From the human T2T-CHM13v2.0 reference genome, Homo sapiens: a stretch of DNA of 64,000 bases. The stretch lies in the NCBI RefSeq assembly GCF_009914755.1, contig NC_060928.1. One strand, 5' to 3'. Below the pieces are notes generated by a model that did not search any database, was not told the origin of the DNA, and worked only from the letters and a program-made list of their open reading frames with translations. Made by a program: the position numbers and the translations under genes. Shown here in pieces: positions 30,494 to 44,780 of this stretch (position 1 is its first letter; every line of letters begins with the position of its first letter).

Positions 30494-30771
30494 TGCTGTG
30501 GTTTGGATATTTGGACCCACTAAGTAGCATGTTGAAATTTGATCCTGAATATTTAAGGTGGGGTCTAATGGGAGGTGTGAGTCTGGCACCTCCCTTCCCT
30601 CTCTTCCTTCCTTTGTTGCCCTGTGATCTCTGCCTGCTAGCTCCCCATTAGCCATTAGTGGAAGCACCCCGAGCCATTCACCAGATGCCCAGTCTTCCAG
30701 TGTGCAGAACTGTGAGCCCAATAAACCTCTTTCTAAAATAAATTACCCAGCTTCACAAACGGACTAAGACG
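30494..30771 (+). mobile_element. MaLR LTR (MSTB1/MSTC-like), internally deleted
   Basis: tgctgtggtttggatattt start, agaactgtgagcccaataaa, end aaacggactaagac. Confidence 0.82.
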
Positions 30772-32515
30772 ATTATATGTTCATATTTGTCTACTAATTT
30801 AGGGATTGCATTGTCTTTGAGAAAACCCCTGTTCTTTTTGAATCTCTTCTCTTCCCTATCCATAGCATGTAATTTTTAGAAGCATTTTACCAGTGCCTAA
30901 TGAGAAACTCTTAAAACAGTGTATTTTCTTTGTCTACTCTGGATTATGGTTAAAGTTTCTGTTTTCTGTGCCTGTTTCTCTTCATGATTCATCTCCTCAC
31001 TTTGAGACAGGAGAGCATCCATTTTAAATTGTGAGCATAGGTAGACAGAGGTTTCTTTGCATGACAGGTAAAATATTCATGTTTCAACCTAGTCATGTAT
31101 TTTGTTTCATCATAAGACACCTATGAGTAACAAACACCATGCAAAGTAGGTAAATGTAAAATGAATTTAAATTGATAGTCAAATTAAAGCCTAAGGTTGA
31201 TCTGCTACATGAATAGTAATACATGAACTTTGCTGTTAGTCAACTAATTAGTCCATAAATGGGTAAATAATTCATATTAAAAAGGGTTGCAAATAAGATT
31301 CAACTTTATTTAGACCAGTCACATGTTTATAGGGCATCTTGAGGGAATAAGAGAATGGAGTAGAGTAGGAAGAGACTATGCGGTCTGATCCCTGGGATTC
31401 GAAGAGTTAAGTTTGCATCAACCAGGATTAGAAATAGAAGAACCAAGATGGTGACTTGCCTTTGATTGTCAGCACCTCATACTATTTTATGTTCTCAGAT
31501 TCTTCTAGTCCCAAATTTTTCTCTACATAAGAGGTAAAGCCTTAAGTAGCAAAATGGCTTATTTGTACAATAACCTTTTAAAGCTAATAGAACACAGATG
31601 TGTTGATGACCCATTGCTCTCAATGTAACGGCCTATGCCTATTTGGGAGTGGGAGGCGGGGAGGGGAAAACCAAGAGCTGGTCAGAATTTGAAAGAATGT
31701 GTCTCATAGCTGTGTGACAGGATTTGAAGCAATTTACTTACTTATCTACAAAAAACTTTTTGTGGAATTTTGGGACATTTTTACTTCTGCTATAAAAAGA
31801 GAGGATTGAAGTGAGGTTTGCAGGTGTTTCCTTAGGAACAGGACCTGTACTGTTGTTTAGCTTTGGTCACTGGTAGATGTAGACACTTAGTACAGCAGCC
31901 TCAATGTTTTATTGTGTTACAAGGGCACCAGGACCTTGTTGACTATTGATAGTATCCCTAGATTGTCATTTTCAAAACTGGTCCTCAGGCAAACAGTAGT
32001 TCTCAGGAAGCTTCCTTGGAAGAAAAACAAGGAGATCTTAGTCTGGTCTAATAGCTTGGAAAATGAAACCTACAAATATCCCTCTCTTGAAGATTTTGCT
32101 TAAGGTTCTGAGTAGTTCTGCCATGAATTAGTTTCACTTTATTTTATCTGATTTCACTGAAGCATCTTGGATTGAGACACGCTTCTTTGTAAACCGTAAG
32201 TATTGTGGAGCTCACTTTGAGAAGTGTCTGAGGCAGTGTAAAAGGCGAGACTGCCAGAGTCTGACAAAAATAGGGCAGTTCTTCAAGGTTTTGTGGGGGT
32301 GCGTATAAATCAGGATGCCTTTTGGCAGCATCCCCAAGTAGATGTGAGAAGAGTTGAGCTGAGCTTTCTGAACCCTCAGTTGTTCATAAGTCAAGTTTTG
32401 AGGAAGAATTTTATAAAAAAAATCTTGATTGAATGTCAGCCGTGCAATATACTTAATTGATTTAATTAGAATTCTGTTTTGCAACTTTTCCTTAAAAACT
32501 TTTAAAAATTGTCTG

Positions 32516-33015
<500 letters not shown>

Positions 33016-33062
33016 GTTTCTCAATATGCTCTTCAGTTCTCTAAAATGTTCACGAGTGATAT

Positions 33063-33084
33063 TGTGTGTGTGTGTGTGTGTGTG
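33063..33084. repeat. (TG)11 microsatellite
   Basis: Read directly from the sequence. Confidence 0.9.
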
Positions 33085-33609
33085 ATTACTTTGAAAATTC
33101 TTGATACAACAAAAATAAGTTTCTTCATTAGAAGACAGAGTTCATTTTGGACTTTTATTATTTGGATTTTAAAGTGACAGTAGTCCAATTTGAGAAGCGC
33201 AGAGAGTGAGCCTGGAGGTAAAGATGACTGGACCTCCCATCTTTGTGGTGGTTTTCTCCTCTTCCCTCTCTCCCACACTCCCTCCACTTACCCCTTGGAC
33301 CAATCACAGAGGTGTGTAAGAGTGTGGTGAGAAAGTGAGGAAGTCTGTTTTCAGAAGAATGGCGATTAGCACCATAAGGACACCGCAAACTCACCGCTAT
33401 AATTAATGTCCTAGCGGGAGATGTGGTTTGTAGTGTTTTCCATATGTCTTGGCCCTCAGAACTCCGTTTTAAGGAGGATCTTGCCTCCAGGAATTTACTT
33501 TGAGAAACACTAAGCTATGGATTAAATGTACACTTTACTAGCATGACATTTAAGGCTTGAGCCAATCTCACCCCACCCTGTCTTTCCAATCTCATCTTTC
33601 AGAATTCTG

Positions 33610-33901
33610 TTTTTCTTTTTGGAAACAGAGTCTCGCTCTGTCGCCCAGGCTGGAGTGCAGTGACGTAATCTCAGCTCACTGCAACTTCTGCCTTCCACGT
33701 TCAAGTGCTTCTTTTGCCTCAGCCTCCCAAGTAGCTCAGACTACAGGCGTCTGCCACCACACCCGGGTAATTTTTGTATTTTTAGTAGAGATGGGGTTTC
33801 TCTATGTTGGCCAGGCTGGTCTTGAACTCCTGACCTTGTGATCTGCCTGCCTCAGCCTCCCAAAGTGCTGGGATTACAGGCGGGAGCCACCTCGTCCAGC
33901 C
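33610..33901 (-). mobile_element. Alu (AluS-type)
   Basis: TSD tctttcagaattctgt on both sides. Confidence 0.95.
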
Positions 33902-34675
33902 CGTCTTTCAGAATTCTGTGTGTTATATACTTCAGCTACTTAAAAGTACTCAGTTTCTAGATACTAGGTTTTTTTGCAGTGCATCTTTACCTTTTCTTCT
34001 TGGCTTTTTTTGTTTTAACAAACTTAGGAATTAAAAACTTCCCTTTATATCCAGAATTTTAAAAATCCTGTAAAGAGACAAACTTTTCTGCCGTAACCTT
34101 AGTTATTCCCGCCACCACCCCTTTTCCTTATCAGCATGACTTACGTTCATTGCACTTTCTTCCCTTCCTTTCATTTTGTAGCTTGCTTCAGTGGTGTTGC
34201 CTCACCACCAGCTCACTGAGAAGATTCTAATTAAGCCGTTCCATTTATGAACTAATTGTCAAATTTATGAAGAGTTTCTAATCTTTATTTTTCTTGACTA
34301 TTCTGTAATATTTAATAACATTGATTATGTTCCCTTAACTGAAGTTCTCTTTTACCTTTACGCGGGGACCAGGTTCTTCCCTTTTTTTGCAGACTCCCAT
34401 TGCCTCCATTGGCATAACTAGTAAAAGTAGATCCATTAGAAACAGCACATGAGCTTATCTTACCATTCATGGATGTTTCACTGTAGTATTCTCTTTGTGG
34501 TATTTTTCTTTCCTTTTTTTTTTTTCTGTATAAAAAAAGTTTGAATTTTATAAGGCAAACCACAGTCAAAAAATTGACAGAGGTAATCACAGATTAAGCA
34601 TGTTGAACCAGAATGGCATTTGCCATAATTCCATAATTTCATGTTAGTAAAATTATTTTTGATAACAAAATCTCC

Positions 34676-34952
34676 TTTTTTTGTTTTGTTTTTTTTGTTT
34701 GAGATGGAGTCTGTCGCTCAGGCTGGAGTGCAATGGTGCGATCTTGGCTCACTGCAACCTCCGCCTCCTGGGTTCAAGCAATTCCCTGCCTCCTGAGTAG
34801 CTGAGACTATAGGCGCGTGCCACCATGCCTGGCTAGTTTTTGTATTTTTTGTAGAGATGGGGTTTCACTATGTTGGCCAGGCTGGCCTCAAACTCCTGAC
34901 CTCAATTGATTTGCCCACCTCAGCCTCCCAAAGTGCTGTGATTACAGGCGTA
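34676..34952 (-). mobile_element. Alu (AluS-type), slightly 5'-truncated
   Basis: Reverse-complement body ending at attacaggcgt. Confidence 0.93.
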
Positions 34953-35209
34953 ATCCAATTGGTTTTCATTTAGAATGAAAATTTTATGTAAGAAATCATT
35001 AAATGAAATTAGTAAACAATAGACTTCAAAATTTACCTTATGTTTTAAAGTATTCAAAAAAACAGTTCAATAATAAAACAGTAATTCTACGGTCAAGGAT
35101 TCTTCAGCACCTGTAATATGTTTTTCCAATAATAAAATTTTTGGTATTTTTTAATTAAAAAAAAACCTGGATGATTGTGATATCTTACCACTGAAATTTT
35201 TTGGGTTTA

Positions 35210-35436
35210 TCCCAGTAGTTTTCATTCCATGTGACCATCTCACTCCATCCTCTTTCTTGACATTTGGCACCATCTGGAGACATTTTTAGTTGTCATAATT
35301 CAAGGAAGGGTGCTACTGGCACCTGCAGGGTAAAAGATAGTGATGCTGCTACATATTCCTACAATGCACAGCGCAATCTCTCCACAGCAGAAAATGATTT
35401 TGCCCAGGATGTCAGCAGTGCTGAGATAGAAATCCT
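35210..35436. mobile_element. MER20 DNA transposon
   Basis: tctggagacatttttagttgtca...gggtgctactggca...atgtcagcagtgctgag. Confidence 0.8.
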
Positions 35437-36089
35437 ATTTATTGACACAGCCTTCCTCTATTTGGATGAAAAGCATATGGGCTATTATTTGACAGGCTTT
35501 ACTATTTATTGTGTTTCTTTAGAGTATATCGTCTTGTTTTATGGCTCCTTAAGGTGCAGAAAGTCAATGATCAAGCTTTAATTGCCAGAGAACATAATTT
35601 TTAATGTTTTAATATTCTGTTTAATAAAGTGAAATTTATTTTTACTGTTGAAAGAAGCTATTTGGCAAATTACTTTTACAGGACAACTATTGTTCATGAT
35701 TACCTTGAGGCTCTAGTTACTTTTTCAGGAATTTGTATTCTAAACATGAAGGAAAAGACGAGGAAAACCAGAGCTGTCACCCTGCATTCATCATAAGCAC
35801 TGTGAGGTCTTTGAACTGTGAACAGTTACATCCAGTAGTAGAAGCCAGTAGAATGCCCAGTGCCTAGAATATAGTAAGCTTCCAATAAATCTTCAGTGGG
35901 AAGATGGATAGTTGTGCACTTTACCTGGTGTACTTGCAAAATTTGTGCTTTGCACATTGGGTAACATGCCTGATCATTCATTCCTAGGTCATTTTCAAGT
36001 TTGCTCTCAAAGCCTCAGTGGAAGTCCCATTTTCCCTCCCTCTGCATTTTGTGTACTGTTGAAGGTTGAAGTCTTCTTTCTAAGGAAAT

Positions 36090-36500
36090 AATAGTAATAG
36101 CTCGAGGCTACTGACACTTGCTTTCTGTCAGTTTGTGGGACTAACTTACTTTAAAGTGTCCCCCTGCCCCCACCACCAATATGAGGCATTACTGCCTTTA
36201 TCTTACAGGTGAGAAAACTCAGGCTTAGTGATTGACAGACCCTTAGTAACAGACCCGGATCTATTTCACACCAAAGCTATACCCCTAATCACTAACGGTA
36301 TGATTTTGTCCTCACAAGCTAGGCTACGCAGATTTGAATCCTCACTCTTCAGTATCATCTTGGGAAAGTTACTTAACCTCTACCCAGTTTCTAAAATGTA
36401 CATAATAGTGTTACCCTCAAGGTCATTGGTTATGTTAATACATGCTTAGAAGAGTACTGGAAGAGTGATTGCTTAATTTTAGCTCGTTTAATGATTATAA
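36090..36500. mobile_element. Two MIRs head-to-head (minus about 36090-36300, plus about 36320-36500)
   Basis: ttacaggtgagaaaactcaggc and cttgggaaagttacttaacctct cores in opposite orientation. Confidence 0.65.
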
Positions 36501-36852
36501 TTAAAATCTTTGTAGAAAGCATTTGTGACTGCCTCGGATATTATCAAATACCAAGTTTGTGTCCTGTTTTACCCGAGTTGTCATGAAAGGGATAGAAATG
36601 TAAAATATGGATCTTGCCTTTAAAGACTTTGTAGTCTATTTGGGAAGACAAGAAAAATAAACATGAAACCTGACAAACACAATGCAGTTACTGCTAAATG
36701 ATGTAATAGAGACTACAAATACAAATAGAATTTAGTATCCGGAAATACACTTAATGGCTTAAAACTATTCAAATATATAGTAGCTCTTCAAGTTTTGTGC
36801 TGGGAAATTTTGTGCCAGTTTTGTCAGGATATTGGCCTTCTCTTGGCTTTGC

Positions 36853-37176
<324 letters not shown>

Positions 37177-37559
37177 TGCTTTTGTTTTCTGATTCACCCT
37201 GAACTCTATGTTCAGTCACCTGACTTTGCAACACCTCAAATCCCTCATCATGTTACCCTCTCCAGACTGCATCTCTGGTACCCAGCAGTTTGGTCTCCCT
37301 ATTCCCTCCCTTGGAATGTTAGTGGGAATCGGCACCATTAATTTTGGATTCCAACATTAGCTGGTCCTTTGATACCAATCTTCAGTTGTTTTATTTGTCC
37401 ATAGTTAGCTTCCTTTTCCATACCCTGGAAGGTATTTCCAGTATTGTTTTCTTATCCATTAGACATCATATGGCCTCTCATTTTACGAATAAAATAGAGA
37501 CTTTCATACTTGACTCCTGCTTATGTCCTTCCCCCAGCTGGCATCTGTTAGACTTCTTG

Positions 37560-37900
37560 CTGAAATTAAAGTGACCTTGACTTCTGTGGCATTTCACCTT
37601 TGATTGCTCCCTTCTTTCGAGGTTGTGTCTTTCTGCAGCACCTGAGGCTGGTTTCAGTTCTTCCTCTTATCAGTTCTCAGTTTCCTTTAATACATTTTCT
37701 TCTTGACTCTCCTGTCAATGTGTTTTTGTTCTGGGAGAGTCCATTTACTTCCGTGGTGTTGTTTGCCAATTACATACTAGTGAACCCCACCTTTTCAGCC
37801 CAGACCTCTCTCTTGAACTATGCATAGATACTTCCAACAGCCTACTGAATACTTTCAACTTGGAGGTCCCAGGGGCACTTCAGAGTTGACTTTTGTCAGC
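37560..37900 (+). mobile_element. L2 fragment
   Basis: cagcccagacctctctcttgaact...caacagcctact...cttgga resembles L2 ORF2 3' sequence. Confidence 0.6.
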
Positions 37901-38369
37901 AGAACCTAGTAATAATATATACCCACTTCTCCCAAAACAAAAGATACATAGAGTTATTTTTCCTGTCCCCTACTATCTTCTGTTACAGTCTTCTTAGTGT
38001 GAGAGCCTTTTTATAAGTTTGTCTTGTCTTCTCTGCTTTTGAATCCTTTCTCTAGAAATAACTAAAAAGTAAAATTAATTACGTATTTTTAAAAAACCTT
38101 AATGAGATCTCTCATTGCCTTTCGTTTAGATTGAAAATTCAGTTTCTATAGTATTGATTTTCTATAATGGGCTTGAGAGAAAATTGACTGGTGATCTTGT
38201 CCCAATTCACAAAGGGATGGATTTTTTTTTTTTTCGTTTTGAGTTTTTCTCTGGATCTTTAAAGATTTTACTACACGCTACCACTTTTTTTATACTTAAA
38301 GGTTTAATCATAATGAATAACCATATAACAATACTTCCCCTAAAAGTGCTTCAAATAATTTTCCAAGAA

Positions 38370-39360
38370 TTTTTTTTAAAAACTTTTATTTTAGGTTCAG
38401 GGTTACATGTGAAGGTTTGTTACATAGGTAAACTCATGCCATGGGGGTTTGTTGATTATTTCATCACCCAGGTATTACGCCCAGTACCCAATAGTTATTT
38501 TTTCTGCTCCTCTCCCACCTCCCAAGCTCCACCCTCAAGTAGACTTCAGTGTCTGTCATTTCCTTCTTTGTCTTCATAAGTTCTCATCATTTAGTTCCCA
38601 CTTGTAAGTGAGAACATGCGATATTTGTTTTTTTGTTCCTGCGTTAGTTTGCTAAGGAAGACAGCCCCCAGCTTCATTTATGTTCCCACAAAAGACATGC
38701 TCTCATTTTTTTTAATGGCTGCATAATATTCGGTGGTGTGTATGTACCACACTTTCTTTTTCCAGTCTGTCACTGATGGGCATTTATGTTGATTCCATGT
38801 CATTGCTATTGCAAATAGTGCTGCAATGAACATTCCTGTGCATGTGTCTCTGTGGTAGAATGATTTATATTCCTCTGGGTGTATACCCAGTAATGGGATT
38901 GCTAGGTGGAATGGTAGTTCTGTTTTTAGCTCTTTGAGGAATCGCCATACTACTTTCCACAACAGTTGAACTAATTTACGCTACCACCAACAGTGTATAA
39001 ATGTTCCCTTTTCTCCACAACCTCTCCAGCATCTGCTATTTTAGTAATAGCCATTCTGACTAGTGTGAGATGGTGTCTCATTGTGATTTTGATTTGCATT
39101 TCTCTAATGATCAGTGATACTGAGCTTTTTTTTCATATGCTTGTTGGCCACTTTTCATATGCTTGTTGGAACACTTTTGAAAAGTGTTCATATCCTTTGC
39201 CTACTTTTTAATGGGGTTGTTTGTTTTTTTTCTTGTAAATTTAAGTTCCTTATAGATGCTGGATAGTAGACCTTTATCAGATGCACAGTTTGCACGTATT
39301 TCCTCCCATTCTGTAGGTTGTCTGTTTACTCCATTGATGGTTTCTTTTGCTATGCAGAAA
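38370..39360 (-). mobile_element. L1 3' end (old L1PA-type)
   Basis: Minus ORFs WKVVWRFLKELKTELPF...YYAAIKKNE and [15 protein letters not shown] are L1 ORF2 C-terminus; 3'UTR gtttgttacataggtaaac. Confidence 0.95.
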
Positions 39361-39539
39361 CGTATTACCACTTTTATCATCACCTGTTATGGGGTAATAT
39401 TTGAAATAGCATAAACTTTTATACTTAGTATTTAAGTATACAAATGTCCAATTTTCAAAGCCTTTCATAGTTTGACTCTATCATTGTCAACCTTATTCAC
39501 TGCCGTGGCTCACCTTAGAATCTCACAAAATTTGTGTGA

Positions 39540-39720
39540 ATTCCTGACTGCCACTGTTCACTATAAGAGCTTGGGCATGACAATCAAAATGGTGTTAGCT
39601 GTATAGCAGTACTTATCTTTTTGGATTATGAGGATTAAATAAAATAATGGAGTTAAAGTGCTTAGTTCAAGGCCTGGCACATAGTAAACACTCAAGAAAC
39701 ATAAGCTGCTCTTGTTTTAC
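39540..39720 (+). mobile_element. MIR
   Basis: atgaggattaaat...aaagtgcttag...gcctggcacatagtaaacactcaa. Confidence 0.75.
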
Positions 39721-41074
39721 TGTTGTGGCTGCCTTACTCCTTAGCCTGAATGTGCAGTTATTGATGCCTTTATTCACACTATTATCAGGCCCTGTAACGC
39801 CTTATGCTTTCCTCCTCCCACTTCCTGTGTCTACTTCTCGCTCAGAATTAGGGCTTCTAAGAACTTTTCCCAGCATGTAGTCCTTTACCATCTACCCCTG
39901 TCTTTACATAGGCGTTCCCTTATTGGTGCTTTTTGTACATATCTCTACTTGGATTATTGCATTTAATTACAATTTGGACTTTGAGTTTCTTTTCAGTGGT
40001 AGGGATTAGTTCTCAGTCTATTTATATCCTGGTATTACTGCCCTGCCTTGGAGCTAACAGGTTTTTTCAGTTGGTAAATATAAATGCTGTTATTAGGTTA
40101 TCTCCTTTAATCCCCTCAGCCACCCTGTGGTAGGGAGGTGTTATTATCTTCAGTTTCCAGTTAGGGAATCAGAGGCTGGTTGAGGTTAAATGATTTGCAC
40201 CAGGCTACTTAGTGTGTAAGTGCTGTAAACCTAGAAGTCCTCACATTTAATAACGTATTACTATTGTATAGCTATGCTCTTATACCTGATATTTGTCTTT
40301 ATAGTATCAGGAAAATAACATTTAAGTTTGGGATGTGTAAGACATCTCAAGAATTGGGATTCTGCTTATTCAGAATTGTTATAGTTTCATCTGTGTAGAG
40401 CTTGCTTTCTTTTTACTATATAATATTGCTTAGCAAAACAATTGAGTATGTAAATACATTTAAGATATTGAACTTTGTATAGACCATTTGCTCAATAAAT
40501 ATGTAGAGTTGTTTTTACTTGAAAGAATTAACATTGTATTTTTTTCAAAATTCAGATTTTCACCGATTTCAATTACTTTATTAAATTTTATTTATTTAAT
40601 AATATCCTTGAGATAATTATGTATTCGTATGTGAACTATAGGCCTTTCTTGGTCCTTATAGGATTGTCATTTTAGGATCATGTAATAATAAATTTGGATG
40701 GCCTAAGGATTTGTTACAGCTTTTGTATTCAATGAAAAACATTGCTTCCGATAGCTGGGGTAGGGAAACTGAGGAAGGGAATTACATTATTAAACTACAA
40801 AATTACTGCATTTTATTAACTTTATAATATTTTAGAGCCACATTAGCAGTGTATATGTTGATTCTAGTTATTCTGGAAAGTGTAATTGTGGTTTGAGTTA
40901 CATCATAAATTCCAAAGAATGAGAGACAGTTTCTTATTTTTAAAGAACAAGGAATAGAATTGAAAATGAGCAGTATTCATTGTATCATTGTATAATCTTC
41001 CAATTTAATTTATGGATTTACTTTGCTTTATTGTTTTTGTTTTTAAGGTTTGCTTATTTAAAAAATATTTATAA

Positions 41075-41260
<186 letters not shown>

Positions 41261-41433
41261 TAAGATTATTTTTCTGGTGGATAGTTAATTGTAGTTACCA
41301 CATGAATTTGCCAATTATGTATTAATATACATGTCAGAGGATGGCTTCTATTACTGGGTTCATTTGCTAGTACAAAATAAAAAATAGGGGATTTGTCTCC
41401 TGAAGGGGAGAAACAAAGTGAATTGTGGTATAC

Positions 41434-41984
41434 TGTTAGGAATAGATAATTGGTGCTGTGAAGAAAAGTCAGCATGGAGACAGAGGACCTCTCAGCAAGG
41501 CAGTCTTTACTTTCTGCAGAAAGGGTGCCCCTCGCAGATGGAACAATGGAGAGAGCACACTTGAACAAAGGAAAAGCAGACATATTTGTCCCTTACGCAT
41601 TTGGGTCATCCTTACTGCTGTGTCCTGCATCCATTGGCTGGAGCTGGACCTCACAGTATTAAACTGATACCTGATTTGCTAATAACATAAAACTTTCCTA
41701 AATACGTTAAGTGCAAGGGAGAACAAAGAAGAGAGGAAGTTGCTTACAAAAGGTTTAAGAAAGCAATAACATTTCCAAATAAGGAAGGGGCATAAGCTAT
41801 GAGCTAAGACTTGCCTGGGCCTGCCCAGACATGCCTGAATAAGCCAAAGCAACTAATTGGGCTAAAGTGTAAGAACTGATAGTTGATAGGAGGCTTTAGA
41901 GTAAGAAGCTATGATTTCTAGTGTCTGTTATTTTATTTTCAAACCAAGACGAGCTTTGAAGGTGGAACTTTTCTACTTTCTACA
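41434..41984 (-). mobile_element. ERV1 solo LTR, probably LTR10 family
   Basis: About 550 bp with TG..CA termini. The minus strand begins tgtagaaagtagaaaagttcc, as I recall for LTR10B-type consensus. Minus-strand CCAAT (41633-37) and AGTAAA poly(A) signal (41506-11) are in LTR order. ATAC occurs at both junctions. Confidence 0.8.
41807..41836. promoter_or_regulatory. p53 response element (three contiguous half-sites)
   Basis: AGACTTGCCT-GGGCCTGCCC-AGACATGCCT against RRRCWWGYYY: 10/10, 9/10, 10/10, zero spacers. Confidence 0.75.
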
Positions 41985-42863
41985 TACACTCAAGCCAGAA
42001 GGGTAATTTAATAAAGGTCATCTGGTTAATAAATCCCTGATCTTACAAAATGAAATAATCCACAGTTTTTCTTTTGGGCTACATAATGTCCCCAAAATAC
42101 TTATGTGATACATTAGCTTATTCACAAAGAAGCTTTCTTTTTGGTGGAAAATGTAGTTTTTTACGCAAATGTGACCCCAAAAGTACCGTTTTGAAAAGGA
42201 AAAGGCTGAATAAGCTCTTGATCCTAAAACTGTCTTGAGCTTAGGTTAATTGAGCTATGGAATGATTATAAAGAAAACTCCTGGCCCTCTCTCTTGATCC
42301 TATTCTTGTTTGGGTTGCTATTAAGAAGAAACAGCAAAACTGGGTTCATACTCTCATACTACTTGAATGTGGACTCAACAGAAATTACCTATAAAGTAGA
42401 TTAACCAAAATTAAATTACAACAAGGTGATTTTTAAAAAATTATTTATTGTGGTATTCTATAAATTTCCGCATTTTTTATGTTTAATTGGGGACTTTCAT
42501 TGTTGTTTCTTCACTTGGTTCCTGGAATTTTCTTTGAATAGTTTCTTGAGTCTGTCTTTCAAACAGCATTTTTTGGTTAAGCATTCCATGGAAAAAGCCT
42601 GCTTATGGAGAAAGATCAAAGGTTTTTTAATTGGCTAGAAAGGTACCCAACTGAAGAGAAAAGGAATGAAAACTAAGGTTTTGGGATTGTTGTGAAAGGA
42701 ATGAGTAGAATTCTTAGAGATTGTGACATAAAGGAAACCTCAGCTTATGCTTAAGAGAAGGGAAATGTAATATGTATGTGATTAAATTAATTTACATGTT
42801 AAAAGAGAATTTTTAGGAAGTTCCTTGAAGCTGACTAGATCTGAGCTGAAAAGAGGGGTAAAG

Positions 42864-43151
42864 CTTTCTTTCTTTTTTTTTTTTTTTTTTTTTTTGAGAC
42901 AGGGTCTCTGTTGCCCTGGCTGGAGTGCAGTGGTATGATTTCCACTTACTGGGCTCAGGTGGTCCTCCCACCTCAGCCACCTGAGTAGCTGGGACTACAG
43001 GCACTCACCACCATGGCCAGCTAATTTTTGTATTTTTTATAGAGACGGGGTTTCACTATGCCGTCCAGGCTGATCTCAAACTCCTGGGCTCAAGTGATCC
43101 GCCTGCCTCAGCCTCCCAAAGGATTACAGGCATGAGACACCGTGCTTGGCC
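42864..43151 (-). mobile_element. Alu (AluJ-type)
   Basis: Long poly-T; TSD ggtaaagct. Confidence 0.94.
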
Positions 43152-44267
43152 AAGAAGGTAAAGCTATTTAATTGGTAGTTTTAATCCTCAAAGATGAACA
43201 AGTGAAAACAATATTTAAGATTCATACTGCCAGGTACTGTTATTCAGGCTTACTAAATTTCTGATTATTTTATCGTACTTTACTAATACAACTTAAACAC
43301 TGATTTAGGGTTAAAGATGGGAAGAAGTTGGTATCTGTAGTTTGGGACATAGCGTACCAACTCAAATTAGTGGTCCTTTTTTTTTTTCCCACGAAGTTGA
43401 TATTAGAAATTCAGTATTTTTTTTTTCATAAATAAAATTTAGTGTGTGTTTATAGCAAGTTTTCTGCTTTTTAAGCAAAACAGAAAAAGTTAACACCCAT
43501 CATTATGGAGGAAGAATCTAAAAGGCCAGCTGTGCACCTCATAGTGAATCCGAGGTAGAAACAGTTTCATATTGGCTCCAATCATGAGCCAGACATGATT
43601 CCGAAAGTGCTTTATAAATATTTTAAAGTTGTAATCCTCGTAACAATTTTGTAAAGTAGTCATGTTATGATCCAAATTCTGTGGGCAACGAATCTGAAAA
43701 TCAGAGACTTTAAATGTGTCCAGGTTGACATTAGTTAGGAATCTGTGGAGCTAGGGTTGGAACTCTTGAGGGCCTAATTTTAAATATTTACCCTTTTTAC
43801 TACCCTAATTGCCATACCATTCCATTTGCGTTTGAGTGTTGGTTATCTAGAGCAGGGATTGAGGAGGAAAAGATCCTTTAAATACTTAAACTTTGTAAAC
43901 TTAACTTTGCCTAGGACTAACCCTTTTCCATTACCTAGGTGAGATTGGGCTAGCCCAATTGAATTATGAATAGATGTGTGTTTATCATATAGCTTCAAAT
44001 TTAGGCAAGCTGCTTTTCTTTTCTCTGGATTTTTGAAGATGCATTTTAGTACAATTGAATTCACTTATTCTTTATTTCTGATTGGCTATTGTGTGCTAGG
44101 TTTTATGCAAAAGGACCTTTACTAGGAGTTTTAAAAGTCACTGTGTCATTTAATACCGGGATGTATAACTGAGGCCCGTTGGAGATAACAAAAGGGGAAG
44201 ACCTATTTAGAAAATTGTGTTAAAGTCCAGATAAGGTTCCTGTTTGTTAGTTACTGTTAAAAAATAC

Positions 44268-44401
44268 GGCCCGGCATGGTGGCTCATGCCTGTAATCCCA
44301 GCACTTTGAGAGGTCAAGGTGGGCGGATCACCTGAGGTCCGAGGTGCCACTGCACTCCAGCCTGGGCGGCAGAGTGAGACTCCGTCTAAAAAAGAAAAAG
44401 A
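44268..44401 (+). mobile_element. Internally deleted Alu (left-arm head fused to right-arm tail)
   Basis: ggatcacctgaggtc joins directly to gccactgcactccagcc and the A tail. Confidence 0.9.
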
Positions 44402-44441
44402 TCCAACATATATATAGAGCTGTAGTGGTTTGTCAAGTTAA

Positions 44442-44780
<339 letters not shown>

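Noticed and set aside
38154-39468. ORFs of 60-141 aa around the L1
   Set aside because: Decayed L1 ORF2/3'UTR remnants or chance AT-rich frames; 5'-truncated and not an active element.
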